The notes under the pieces: generated by a model
What the model was told of the DNA's origin: nothing
Databases searched by the model: none
What the model saw: only the letters and a program-made list of their open reading frames with translations
Source: an uncultured Thermotogaceae bacterium
GTDB taxonomy: Bacteria > Thermotogota > Thermotogae > MWEM01
Reading direction: 5' to 3'
NCBI GenBank assembly: GCA_964403295.1
Contig: CAYOFT010000002.1
Span: forward strand, 12,565-76,564
DNA length: 64,000 nucleotides
Part shown: in pieces, positions 20,249-29,181 of the stretch
Layout: every line of letters starts with the position of its first letter
How positions within the stretch are numbered: position 1 is the first letter of the stretch
Program-made: the position numbers and the translations under genes

Positions 20249-20761
20249 TCATTTTTCGATACCCTCTCTGGCTTGCACCCCTTGCTGATAATAGTGTTTA
20301 ATTTCTTTCATTTCGGTCACAAGATCTGCTACTTCGATTAATTCGCCCGGAGCGTATCTTCCCGTAATGATCACTTCTGTTTTTTCATGTTTTTCTCTAA
20401 GTATTTTCAGAACATCCTCCAAATCAAAGAGTTTGTAAAAGAGAGCGATATTTAATTCATCCATGACAACAACATCGTATTCTCCGGATTTGATTTTTTC
20501 TTTGAGTTCTTTTAAACCCTCTCTGGCCAATCTGATATCTTCTTCTTCCGGGTCTTTTCTGATAAAACAGTTTCTGCCGTATTGTTTAATCTCTAATTGC
20601 TGTAAGCGTTCAGGTGCTTTTAATTCACTGTACTTCATCCCTTTTACAAACTGTCCGAAAAAGACTTTCTTCCCTGCACACACAGCTCTTAAAGATAGAC
20701 CGAGTGCGGCAGTTGTCTTTCCCTTGCCGTTTCCGGTATATATTTGTACATATCCTTTCAT
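20249..20761 (-). CDS. cobO: Cob(I)yrinic acid a,c-diamide / cob(I)alamin adenosyltransferase (CobO/BtuR type)
   Basis: GYVQIYTGNGKGKTTAALGLSLRA P-loop and DELN motif; 170 aa. Confidence 0.8.
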   Translation of the reverse strand: MKGYVQIYTGNGKGKTTAALGLSLRAVCAGKKVFFGQFVKGMKYSELKAPERLQQLEIKQYGRNCFIRKDPEEEDIRLAREGLKELKEKIKSGEYDVVVMDELNIALFYKLFDLEDVLKILREKHEKTEVIITGRYAPGELIEVADLVTEMKEIKHYYQQGVQAREGIEK

Positions 20762-20791
20762 TGCAGCCTCCTTTTTTGTTCTTGCCGATTG

Positions 20792-21886
20792 CTAAAACAA
20801 CATCATAATAAAATGAGCTGAGATTCCTGCAACTAAACCGCCAATCGTATGACTTAAAATAGCTTTATTTGTGAGATTTCTATATCCTAAGGCATCCATC
20901 ATTGCAATATGTGTGGATAGATACCCGCTCCAACACATTCCCATTGCAGTAAAAACAGCAATTTCGTTATTTCCCAATATCCCATTCTCTATAAAGTTCG
21001 GTACTAATGCTAATGCCGCACCACTTGAGCCGAGAGTTGTTAATGGAAAAGCCAATAATTCAGAAGATTCGAATCCAAACAAAAACTTTAAGACTGGAAA
21101 TATCCTTTCTCCAAGCCAAGGTAAAACAGCGACACCTTCATAAGCAATCCCCTGATAACCCAATGATGGATCTTTAGGACCAAAAGTCAGCATCATGACA
21201 AATGTGCTGACGATGAGTACCCCAGGTATGATTCCCAACCCAATTTCAACACCAACTCGGCCACCGTCCAAGATTGATGTTAATAAACGGTGAAAGACAC
21301 TTCCTTCTCTTACTGTTCGTTTCTCAATGATTTGGGTAGAATCTTCAATATTTAGATTTTCTTCTCCTAATTCTTTTTTTGTAAAATGTGCCATTAGTCT
21401 AACACTGATAATACTACCAATAACAGCACCCAAATTACCAATTAATACCGGAAGAAATACAGAATGACCAACTTTTGTACTCTGGGCAAACATATAGGTT
21501 GTAATCAATAGTCCCATCCCAAATGATGTTCCAAGATTACAAAGCAAGGGCAATTGCCATTTTTTAAAAAATTTTAAAAATTGCCGATCTTTTGTAAGGC
21601 TAATAATTGCCGGATTATCTGAAAAATATGTGGTTATTATACCTACAACTGCAATACCAGGTAAGTTATACAATGGTTTCATCAAAAATTTCAGGGTTTT
21701 ATCCAAAATATGTATTACACCGAATTCAGAAAACATACCTGAAATGGCACCAGTTAAAACAGCAACGGCCATTAAAAAGAAAACCGTGTTAATTAATAAA
21801 TCATGGGCGGTAAGCATCATCGTTTGAAAGAAATTGGCAGTACCCATTACAGATAATAACGGGATAAGGATGAATAAAAAAACCAA
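20792..21886 (-). CDS. Polytopic membrane protein, nucleoside-recognition (gate) domain-like; start codon uncertain
   Basis: About 10 TM segments, two gate-like halves. First gene of the co-directional cobO-mce-carboxyltransferase string. Confidence 0.5.
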   Translation of the reverse strand: MVFLFILIPLLSVMGTANFFQTMMLTAHDLLINTVFFLMAVAVLTGAISGMFSEFGVIHILDKTLKFLMKPLYNLPGIAVVGIITTYFSDNPAIISLTKDRQFLKFFKKWQLPLLCNLGTSFGMGLLITTYMFAQSTKVGHSVFLPVLIGNLGAVIGSIISVRLMAHFTKKELGEENLNIEDSTQIIEKRTVREGSVFHRLLTSILDGGRVGVEIGLGIIPGVLIVSTFVMMLTFGPKDPSLGYQGIAYEGVAVLPWLGERIFPVLKFLFGFESSELLAFPLTTLGSSGAALALVPNFIENGILGNNEIAVFTAMGMCWSGYLSTHIAMMDALGYRNLTNKAILSHTIGGLVAGISAHFIMMLF

Positions 21887-22135
21887 AAGGAAGATAACAC
21901 CCTCATAGTTTCTTGATTTGATCCTTCTTTTTGGTTGAATAAATTTTCTTATATGCTATTCCCCCTTTTTTGAAATGTCGGCATCAAGTTATTTTACAAT
22001 AAAAAGGGTTCTTTTCAAAAAGCCTGGTGCTTCTTTCAACGGAAGTATAGAAAAGTTAATCATTTCTAGATTTTTTCCAAAATTCAAATGTAAAAATTTC
22101 TTTATTAGCGATAAAATGCAAAAGTTTTCACAGTG

Positions 22136-22161
22136 AAAAAAAAAGACCCATCAAAGGGTCT
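22136..22161 (-). terminator. Intrinsic terminator after acpP
   Basis: Minus strand AGACCC-TTTGAT-GGGTCT followed by nine T. Confidence 0.65.
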
Positions 22162-22164
22162 TTC

Positions 22165-22410
22165 TTATTTGGTGGCTTTTTTGGATATGAGATCCACTAC
22201 ATCTCCTACCGTTTCTATACCGGTGAGTTCTTCCAGTTCTATTCTTGTATCCAATGCCTTTTCCAAATCCATTGCCAGATCAACTAATTCCAAAGAAGTT
22301 GCATCCAAATCTTCTGAAAGATTTGATGTTTCCGAAATTTCAACATCTTCCAGATCAAGATTTTCGATTAAGGTTTCTTTTACCTTTTTTAGTATATCTT
22401 CTCTTGTCAT
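22165..22410 (-). CDS. acpP: Acyl carrier protein
   Basis: 81 aa acidic four-helix pattern with phosphopantetheine-site LDATSLELVDL. Confidence 0.85.
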   Translation of the reverse strand: MTREDILKKVKETLIENLDLEDVEISETSNLSEDLDATSLELVDLAMDLEKALDTRIELEELTGIETVGDVVDLISKKATK

Positions 22411-22439
22411 AAATCTTCTCCTTTCTTACCCATTTATAA

Positions 22440-22874
22440 TTATTTAAATCCTAACATAAGTCTTGCTTTTGTACATAAATTACCATTGCAAGTGATTTTT
22501 CCAGAAACAAAGAATATTGTTTCTCTTTTTTCTTCCAACTTAACTTCATAAAGTAAACTGTCTGATGGTCTGATTTCTCTTTTAAAACGGGCTTTATCGA
22601 TTCCTAAAAAGAGTGGAATGATTGACTCATCTAATTCTTCTTTATATTTATTCTTTAAAAAAATTCCGGCAACTTGAGCCAGCCCTTCGATTTGTAATAC
22701 TCCAGGCATTATCGGATAATCAGGGAAGTGGCCTTGGAAAAAAGGTTCATTTATTGTGCAGTTTTTTTGGGCAATAATCTTTTCGTCTGTTATTTCCTGA
22801 ACTGTATCAACGAAAAGAAAGGGATAACGATGGGGTAATATTTTCATTATTTCATCAATGTTTAAAGCTTCCAT
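22440..22874 (-). CDS. fabZ: 3-hydroxyacyl-ACP dehydratase
   Basis: LPHRYPFLFVD, FFQGHFPDYPIMPGVL. ATG at 22874 overlaps the fabF stop (TGATG), 7 nt after GGAGG. Confidence 0.9.
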   Translation of the reverse strand: MEALNIDEIMKILPHRYPFLFVDTVQEITDEKIIAQKNCTINEPFFQGHFPDYPIMPGVLQIEGLAQVAGIFLKNKYKEELDESIIPLFLGIDKARFKREIRPSDSLLYEVKLEEKRETIFFVSGKITCNGNLCTKARLMLGFK

Positions 22875-24100
22875 CAAATCACCTCCACAATGATTGAAGC
22901 GTTTTGACCTCCGAATCCAAAGGAATTTTTCATGAATTTTTTAATTTTCTTATGTTGTTTCTTATAAACAAAATTCAGTTCCTTCAGATTGTCATCGGGA
23001 TTTTCTAGATTAGGCATGCCATGAATAAAAGCTTCTCGAGCTTGTAAAATTCCAGCAATTGTTTCAATTGCACCTGAACCGGCAATCGTGTGTCCTATCA
23101 GTGTTTTTGTTGATTGAATCATTGGCTTATGATCAGAAAAAACCTTTTGGATGGCTTTTCCTTCTGAATTATCGCCGACAGGTGTTCCAGTACCATGAGT
23201 ATTGATTAATTCAATCAAATCAGGTGAAATGTTTGCAGTTTCCAAAGCACGTTTTATTGCTAAAGAAGGTCCTTTACCTTCAGGATCTGAGGCGCTGTAG
23301 TCATGTGCATCTGCAGACATGCCATAACCAAGAAGATATCCGTATATTGGCGCATTCCTTTTTTTTGCATGTTCTTCACTTTCTAAGATAATCACACCAC
23401 TTCCTTCGCTCATGACAAAACCATCTCGTTCTTTGTCAAAAGGCCGACTGGCCTTTTCTGGAGCATCATTTCTTCTGGATAATGCCATCATATTTGAAAA
23501 CCCAATAATACCTGGAAGCGTTACAGCAGCGTCAACACCACCTGTAATGGCTACATCGCATTTTTGTGTTTCTATCAGCATGGCTCCAGTAATCAGAGAA
23601 TGAAGCGAAGAAGCACAAGCGCTTACCGGGGCGAAATTTGGACCGTTTAAGCCATACTCCATTGCAATAACACCAGCCATCATATTTGTAATGATCATGG
23701 GTATCAAAAAGGGGCTAACATATCTGGGTCCATTTTTGTATAATTCATAAAATTCTCTCATTTCAGTATGAACCCCGCCAATCCCAGAAGAAACAGTTAC
23801 AGCTCCGGATTCTTTCCAATCGTCAATATGATCAAGACCGGAATCTTCAAAGGCTTCTTTTGTAGCGGCAAGTCCTAGTTGTAAAAAACGGTCAAATTTC
23901 TTGGCCTTTCTTCTATCCATGTATAATTTTGGATTAAAGTCATGGATTTCTCCTGCAATTTTGACCGGAATTTGACTCGTGTCAAATGACTTTATTTCAC
24001 CTATTCCGCTTTTTTCCTCTTTGAGAGCCATTACAAACTCTTTTGTATTTTTAGCTATCGGGTTGATCGTTCCCAAACCGGTAATTGCAATTCGTTTCAT
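22874..24100 (-). CDS. fabF: 3-oxoacyl-ACP synthase II
   Basis: Active-site ACASSLHS, HGTGTPVGD, GHTIAGSG, C-terminal NSFGFGGQNAS. Confidence 0.9.
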   Translation of the reverse strand: MKRIAITGLGTINPIAKNTKEFVMALKEEKSGIGEIKSFDTSQIPVKIAGEIHDFNPKLYMDRRKAKKFDRFLQLGLAATKEAFEDSGLDHIDDWKESGAVTVSSGIGGVHTEMREFYELYKNGPRYVSPFLIPMIITNMMAGVIAMEYGLNGPNFAPVSACASSLHSLITGAMLIETQKCDVAITGGVDAAVTLPGIIGFSNMMALSRRNDAPEKASRPFDKERDGFVMSEGSGVIILESEEHAKKRNAPIYGYLLGYGMSADAHDYSASDPEGKGPSLAIKRALETANISPDLIELINTHGTGTPVGDNSEGKAIQKVFSDHKPMIQSTKTLIGHTIAGSGAIETIAGILQAREAFIHGMPNLENPDDNLKELNFVYKKQHKKIKKFMKNSFGFGGQNASIIVEVI

Positions 24101-24101
24101 T

Positions 24102-25214
24102 TTATGACCTCCATTCTTCTGAATATCTTCTTCCTTTCCATAAATATCCTTGATGATGATATGAAAATACTGAATTTATGAGCATAGCGATTAGTATAAA
24201 AGGTACAATCGGATGTAGAAAAATGATGAGTGCATGAACACGAATATTTAAACAAGCAAAACACCATACTGTTAATGAAAATATTAGAGATAAAAGTGCT
24301 TTAAGAGAAAAAGAAAAAAATAATAAACAATATGGAGATAAAAACATTAGAAATATGGCTAGACAGACTATGGCAGCTAGAATTGGCGATTCATTAATGG
24401 TTGGATAAAAACTTTTTGAAAATCCTTTAAATGCGTCTTTGAATCCATCATACATACGAGATGAAACCAGATTTGAAATATTTGTATAAACTACTTTCTT
24501 TTTCTGTGCTTTAAACCGTCTTGGAAAGGCAATATCATCAGCTAAAATATTATAAATGGCTGTGTATCCACCCATTTCTTCATATGATTTTTTTTTAAAA
24601 CATTGATACTGTCCATTTGAAGCAGCAGCCCATTTTATTTGTTTTAGTCTGAAAAGAAAATGAGGAAGGGCTCCAAGTGAAAAGAGACCAAGAAATGGAA
24701 CAGTCAAGGCTTCTCCAAAAGACTTAATGATTTGCTTTGGGATTCCAGATAACAAATCAGCATTCGTGTAATTCATTTTTTTAACTAATAGATTTAAACC
24801 ATGCTTTGTATGAATGGTATCAGCATCAGAGAAAAGAATAATTTGTCCTTGTGCATTTTGAGCTAACTGATGGCACGCCCAATTTTTTCCTATCCAACCT
24901 TTTGGAAGAGGTTTCCCAGAAATAATTCTAAGTCTTTTATCAGAATATTCTGATAGAATTTCCATGGTTTTATCTGTTGAATTATCGTTCAGTACAATAC
25001 ATTCTAAATATAGTTCGCAGTTATTTAAAACTGAATCAACGGCATTTTTAATGTTTTTTTCCTCATTTCTTGCTGGAATCAGAACAGATAATAAAGGTTC
25101 TTCCATTTTTTTTTGTAATGTTTCTCCTTTAGAAGGATAGTAATAGAAGTAACAGTTTATACTGTAATAAATAAGATATATTAAAAAACCTGTCATTATG
25201 ATGTTTTCTACCAA
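24102..25214 (-). CDS. Membrane-embedded family 2 glycosyltransferase
   Basis: N-terminal TM, GT-A core SVLIPARNEE...LNDNSTDKT...FSDADT, several C-terminal TM helices. Stop is 1 nt from the fabF start. Confidence 0.7.
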   Translation of the reverse strand: MVENIIMTGFLIYLIYYSINCYFYYYPSKGETLQKKMEEPLLSVLIPARNEEKNIKNAVDSVLNNCELYLECIVLNDNSTDKTMEILSEYSDKRLRIISGKPLPKGWIGKNWACHQLAQNAQGQIILFSDADTIHTKHGLNLLVKKMNYTNADLLSGIPKQIIKSFGEALTVPFLGLFSLGALPHFLFRLKQIKWAAASNGQYQCFKKKSYEEMGGYTAIYNILADDIAFPRRFKAQKKKVVYTNISNLVSSRMYDGFKDAFKGFSKSFYPTINESPILAAIVCLAIFLMFLSPYCLLFFSFSLKALLSLIFSLTVWCFACLNIRVHALIIFLHPIVPFILIAMLINSVFSYHHQGYLWKGRRYSEEWRS

Positions 25215-25286
25215 ACTAAGAAATCCTTTCTTACATTAAAATATCAAAATATTATAGCATAAGTATAAAACGACGCATTCATAAAC

Positions 25287-25313
25287 AAAAAAAGGACAGT
25301 CGTTAACTGTCCT
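25287..25313 (-). terminator. Intrinsic terminator after tRNA-Ala
   Basis: Minus strand AGGACAGT-TAACG-ACTGTCCT followed by seven T. Confidence 0.7.
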
Positions 25314-25319
25314 TAAAAG

Positions 25320-25395
25320 TGGTGGAGCCGATGGGACTTGAACCCACGGCTTCTACCATGCCATGGTAGCGCTCTCCCAACTGAGCTACGGCCCC
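25320..25395 (-). tRNA. tRNA-Ala (anticodon GGC), CCA encoded
   Basis: 76 nt GGGGCCGTAGCTCAGTTGGGAGAGCGCTACCATGGCATGGTAGAAGCCGTGGGTTCAAGTCCCATCGGCTCCACCA. Cloverleaf folds by hand, G3:U70 alanine identity pair, anticodon loop AUGGCAU. Confidence 0.95.
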
Positions 25396-25413
25396 ACTTA
25401 AAAAAGCAATGCT

Positions 25414-25442
25414 ATTATATCGGAGTTTAGAGAAAAAATCAA
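25414..25442 (-). promoter_or_regulatory. Sigma70-type promoter of tRNA-Ala
   Basis: Minus strand TTGATT, 17 nt spacer, TATAAT, about 18 nt upstream of the mature tRNA 5' end. Confidence 0.7.
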
Positions 25443-25450
25443 GTCTGGAT

Positions 25451-26905
25451 TTACTTTTTATATCTTACATTTAAATCTTTGTTGGCTTTTAATTCATCCA
25501 ATCTTCTGACTGGTGTTGTATAAGGCGCTTGTTTTAACTTTTCAGGATCATTTTTGGCTTCTTCCAAAATCTTATCTACTATTTCAACAAAATAATCAAG
25601 TGTTTCTTTACTCTCTGTTTCAGTTGGTTCTATCATCATTGCCTCGTGAACGATTAACGGGAAATATACAGTAGGCGGGTGAATACCATAATCTAATAAT
25701 GATTTTGCAAAATCCAGTGTTTTTAAACCGTATTCTTTTAATGATGAACCATCTGCGACGAATTCGTGCATACACTGCTTACCAAATGGAATCTTGAATC
25801 TTTGAGCGAATTTATTACGAAGGTAGTTAGCGTTTAAAACAGATATTTCACTGGCAGATTTCAATCCGTCAGCTCCCATAGTTAAAATATAAGCTGCTGC
25901 TCTGATTAAAACATTGAAATTTCCATAATATCCTTTAATTTTGCCAATGCTTTTTGGGATGTTGTAATCCAGATAATACTTGTCTTCATCTTTCTTAACA
26001 TGTGGTACTGGAAGATACGGTGATAATTTTGCTTTGACACCTACAGCACCGCTACCGGGACCACCCATTCCATGAGGTGTTGAAAATGTTTTATGTAAAT
26101 TAAAGTGAAGAACATCAAAACCCATATCACCCGGTCTTATTTTACCCATGATGGCATTCATATTTGCACCATCATAATAAAGCAAAGTCCCATTTTCGTG
26201 TGCTAGTTTTTGAATTTCAAGGATATCATCTTCAAAAAGTCCTAAAGTATTTGGATTCGTTAGCATAATGGCTGCTATTTCTTCGTTAAGCATTTCTTTC
26301 AGTATTTTAAGATTTACCCTTCCGTTTTCATCCGATTCAACTTGTTTTACTTTATAGCCACACATTGCTGCGGTAGCAGGATTAGTGCCATGAGCGGAGT
26401 CTGGTACAATAACTGTGTTTCTGGCAGTATCTCCTCTATCATCATGATACGCTCTTATCAGCAAAATACCCGTCAATTCCCCATGAGCACCTGCTGCTGG
26501 TTGTAGTGTTACTTCATCCATTCCACTTACTTCTGCCAGGGATTGTTGTAAATAATACATTAATTCCAAAGCCCCTTGATATGTTGATTCAGGTTGATAG
26601 GGATGAAGGTTAACAAAACCGCTTATCATAGCAACAGTTTCGTTTATTTTTGGGTTATACTTCATTGTGCATGAACCTAAAGGATAAAAACCATTATCAA
26701 TTGAATGATTTAACTTTGAAAGATTTGTGAAATGACGGACAACATCTACTTCATTACATTCAGGTAATTCAGGAGGAATTTCTCTAATTTGTTCTTGAGG
26801 GATCATTTCCTCTAAACGATAGTTGGGAATATTTTCATCAGGGAATGTATAACCGATTCTTCCTTGGGCACCTTTTTCAAAGATTAAACGATTATCCCTT
26901 CTCAT
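25451..26905 (-). CDS. gcvPB: Glycine dehydrogenase (decarboxylating) subunit 2
   Basis: 484 aa; PLP site NLHKTFSTPHGMGGPG. 4-nt overlap with gcvPA. Confidence 0.9.
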   Translation of the reverse strand: MRRDNRLIFEKGAQGRIGYTFPDENIPNYRLEEMIPQEQIREIPPELPECNEVDVVRHFTNLSKLNHSIDNGFYPLGSCTMKYNPKINETVAMISGFVNLHPYQPESTYQGALELMYYLQQSLAEVSGMDEVTLQPAAGAHGELTGILLIRAYHDDRGDTARNTVIVPDSAHGTNPATAAMCGYKVKQVESDENGRVNLKILKEMLNEEIAAIMLTNPNTLGLFEDDILEIQKLAHENGTLLYYDGANMNAIMGKIRPGDMGFDVLHFNLHKTFSTPHGMGGPGSGAVGVKAKLSPYLPVPHVKKDEDKYYLDYNIPKSIGKIKGYYGNFNVLIRAAAYILTMGADGLKSASEISVLNANYLRNKFAQRFKIPFGKQCMHEFVADGSSLKEYGLKTLDFAKSLLDYGIHPPTVYFPLIVHEAMMIEPTETESKETLDYFVEIVDKILEEAKNDPEKLKQAPYTTPVRRLDELKANKDLNVRYKK

Positions 26906-28251
26906 AACAACCCCTCCAATCGGGAAGAAAAGTAAGCAATCTCTTCCATTCTGTTAGCTTCAGTAACTGCAACTAATGAAAGGTTTTCGTGTTCAGTGTT
27001 TTCTGTAATTTCTTGAACTGGTAGAGGCCCCATTATCTTTTCTTTTAACATTTCATCTCTTATATATTTGGGATCGTGTTGGGACTTAATAGTAAATTCA
27101 TTAAAGAAAGGGCCGGTGAATGCTAAATCGTATCTATCCATTCTATCTATTCTTTCAGCAAGAAAATGAGCTTTTTTTAGGCTTTGTACAGCAACTTCTC
27201 GTAACCCGGCTTTTCCCATTAAAGAAAGGTAAATCGTTGCGATAAGTGCATTATGAGCATGATTTGAACAGATATTTGAAGTAGCTTTATCCCTTCTAAT
27301 ATGTTGCTCTCTTGTTTGCAAAACCATAACATATCCCACGTTTCCGTCCAAATCTGTAGTTTTTCCAATAACCCTTCCTGGCATTTTTCTCATATATTTT
27401 TTCTTAGTTGCAAAAATTCCCAAGGTCATTCCACCCAGATAAAGAGAACCACCAAATGGCTGTGCTTCACCAGTAACAATATCCACGTCAAAGTCTCCAG
27501 GAGCTTTTAAAACCCCTAAAGTTACAGGATTGCAAGAAATTGTTAAAAGAATTTCACCGGTGATTTCTCTGATTGATTTTATATCCTCGATAATACCAAA
27601 GAAATTGGTATAACCCATAAGAAATCCCGCTGTATCTTTTCTCATCTTCCCTTTGAGATCTTGAACATCAATCATTCCTGTTTCTTTATCATATTTTACA
27701 GTTTCAATCTCAATCTCAGGTCCCATGGCATATGTTCGAATGATTTTTAAATATTCCGGATGAATAGATTCAGCTACCAGGTAATGATTTTTGTTTTTGA
27801 TATTACACGACATTAGCATAGCCTCTGCAGCTGCAGTTCCACCATCATACATGGAAGAATTGGCAACATCCATTCCTGTTATTTCACAGATCATTGTTTG
27901 AAACTCATAGAACATCTGTAGTGAACCTTGACTGACCTCAGCCTGATAAGGAGTATAGGCTGTTAAAAATTCGCCTCTTTCAACTAAGTGTTGAATTGAT
28001 TGCGGGATAAGGTGTTTATAAATACCACCACCAAGAAAAACAGAATAATCATCCAAATCTGAATTTCTCTCAGCCCATTCTTTCATCTTTCTTAATACAT
28101 CCACTTCCGATAAACCGGAGTTCAGATTTAGCTGTGAAACTCTTTTTTCAACTGGAAGTTCACTGAAAAGTTCTGCAATACTTTTTACTCCAATGGAAGC
28201 AAGCATTTCTTGAATGTCCCCATCTGTATGGGGTATGTATCTCTTTGGCAT
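26902..28251 (-). CDS. gcvPA: Glycine dehydrogenase (decarboxylating) subunit 1
   Basis: MPKRYIPHT start after GAAAGGGGGA. TAYTPYQAEVSQG motif. Confidence 0.9.
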   Translation of the reverse strand: MPKRYIPHTDGDIQEMLASIGVKSIAELFSELPVEKRVSQLNLNSGLSEVDVLRKMKEWAERNSDLDDYSVFLGGGIYKHLIPQSIQHLVERGEFLTAYTPYQAEVSQGSLQMFYEFQTMICEITGMDVANSSMYDGGTAAAEAMLMSCNIKNKNHYLVAESIHPEYLKIIRTYAMGPEIEIETVKYDKETGMIDVQDLKGKMRKDTAGFLMGYTNFFGIIEDIKSIREITGEILLTISCNPVTLGVLKAPGDFDVDIVTGEAQPFGGSLYLGGMTLGIFATKKKYMRKMPGRVIGKTTDLDGNVGYVMVLQTREQHIRRDKATSNICSNHAHNALIATIYLSLMGKAGLREVAVQSLKKAHFLAERIDRMDRYDLAFTGPFFNEFTIKSQHDPKYIRDEMLKEKIMGPLPVQEITENTEHENLSLVAVTEANRMEEIAYFSSRLEGLL

Positions 28252-28309
28252 GTTCGTCCCCCTTTCGCATTTCATCAAACCCAGATATTACGGGTTGTGA
28301 ATTTGACAA

Positions 28310-28318
28310 ATTATATCA
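28310..28318 (-). promoter_or_regulatory. Candidate extended -10 element (TGATATAAT) upstream of gcvPA
   Basis: Minus strand TGATATAAT about 55 nt upstream of the gcvPA start. No good -35. Confidence 0.4.
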
Positions 28319-28381
28319 CAGGTCTTATCTGGAATAGATGCTAATTTTTATCTGATTGACATATGAAAAATATGTTTCAAG

Positions 28382-28410
28382 AAAAAAGACTGCTACTAGC
28401 AGTCTTTTTT
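28382..28410 (-). terminator. Intrinsic terminator after map
   Basis: AGACTGC-TAGTA-GCAGTCT hairpin with flanking T/A runs, immediately after the map stop codon. Confidence 0.7.
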
Positions 28411-29158
28411 ATAAACGAGAAAGAATTTTTAAACCATCTTTTGTAATTGCAATATCGTCTTCAAAATGAGCATTTAAAGACCTGTCAGTATTTACAACCG
28501 TCCAACCGTCTTCAAGGATCATGGTGGCATATTCACCCATGCTGATCATGGGTTCGATAGCCAAAGTCATTCCTGCTCGAATTTTGGGACCACTGTTTTT
28601 TTCTCCAAAATTTGGAACAAAAGGGTCTTCATGCATTTCTCTTCCAATACCGTGTCCGCCAAAATCTCTGATGACTGAGTAACCTTCGTTCTCAACAAAG
28701 TTTTGAACTTTATATCCCATCTCTCCAAGTCTTGAAGCGCTTCTTAAAGTTTCAATAGCTAAGTCTAACGCTTGGAGGGTTACTTTAAGAAGTCTTGCTT
28801 TTTCTTCCGTAATTTTTCCAATGGGGTAAGTTCTCGCCGCATCTCCATGAAAACCACCTAAATAAGCACCAACATCAATGGTAACAATATCTCCTTCTTT
28901 GAGTAGGTTTTTTTTGGATGGAATACCGTGAATCAATACTTCATTAACAGAAATACATGCTGATGCTGGAAATCCTTGATACCCTTTAAAAGAGGGGATG
29001 GCACCCTTCTTTCTAATAAACTCTTCTATCTTTTGATCTATGTCCCAAGTCGTAATTCCCGGTTGCATTAATTCTTTCGACATTTCCAAAGCTTCGCCAA
29101 CTATTTTCGAGGCTTTTTCCATGGCATTAATATCTTTATCTCTTTTCAGTTTAATCAA
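28409..29158 (-). CDS. map: Methionine aminopeptidase type I
   Basis: Metal ligands in TIDVGAYLGGFHGD, GHGIG, LAIEP, FEDDIAIT. Confidence 0.9.
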   Translation of the reverse strand: MIKLKRDKDINAMEKASKIVGEALEMSKELMQPGITTWDIDQKIEEFIRKKGAIPSFKGYQGFPASACISVNEVLIHGIPSKKNLLKEGDIVTIDVGAYLGGFHGDAARTYPIGKITEEKARLLKVTLQALDLAIETLRSASRLGEMGYKVQNFVENEGYSVIRDFGGHGIGREMHEDPFVPNFGEKNSGPKIRAGMTLAIEPMISMGEYATMILEDGWTVVNTDRSLNAHFEDDIAITKDGLKILSRL

Positions 29159-29181
29159 GTCAGCTTCATCTCCTTGTTTGA

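Noticed and set aside
21887-22135. Cobalamin riboswitch upstream of the membrane protein/cobO/epimerase string
   Set aside because: I can find no B12-box-like element. The region is explained by the acpP terminator, AT-rich spacer and a TTGAAA/TAAAAT promoter close to the gene start. A covariance-model scan would be the decisive test.
22133-22447. 104-aa plus-strand ORF opposite acpP
   Set aside because: It is a mirror image of the acidic ACP gene, giving a Ser-rich product. It also spans the acpP terminator and is not credible as a gene.
28252-28408. Glycine riboswitch upstream of gcvPA
   Set aside because: The leader is short and very AT-rich, and it lacks the conserved GGAGAG / CACCG-type cores. 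I only see a promoter-like element and the map terminator.
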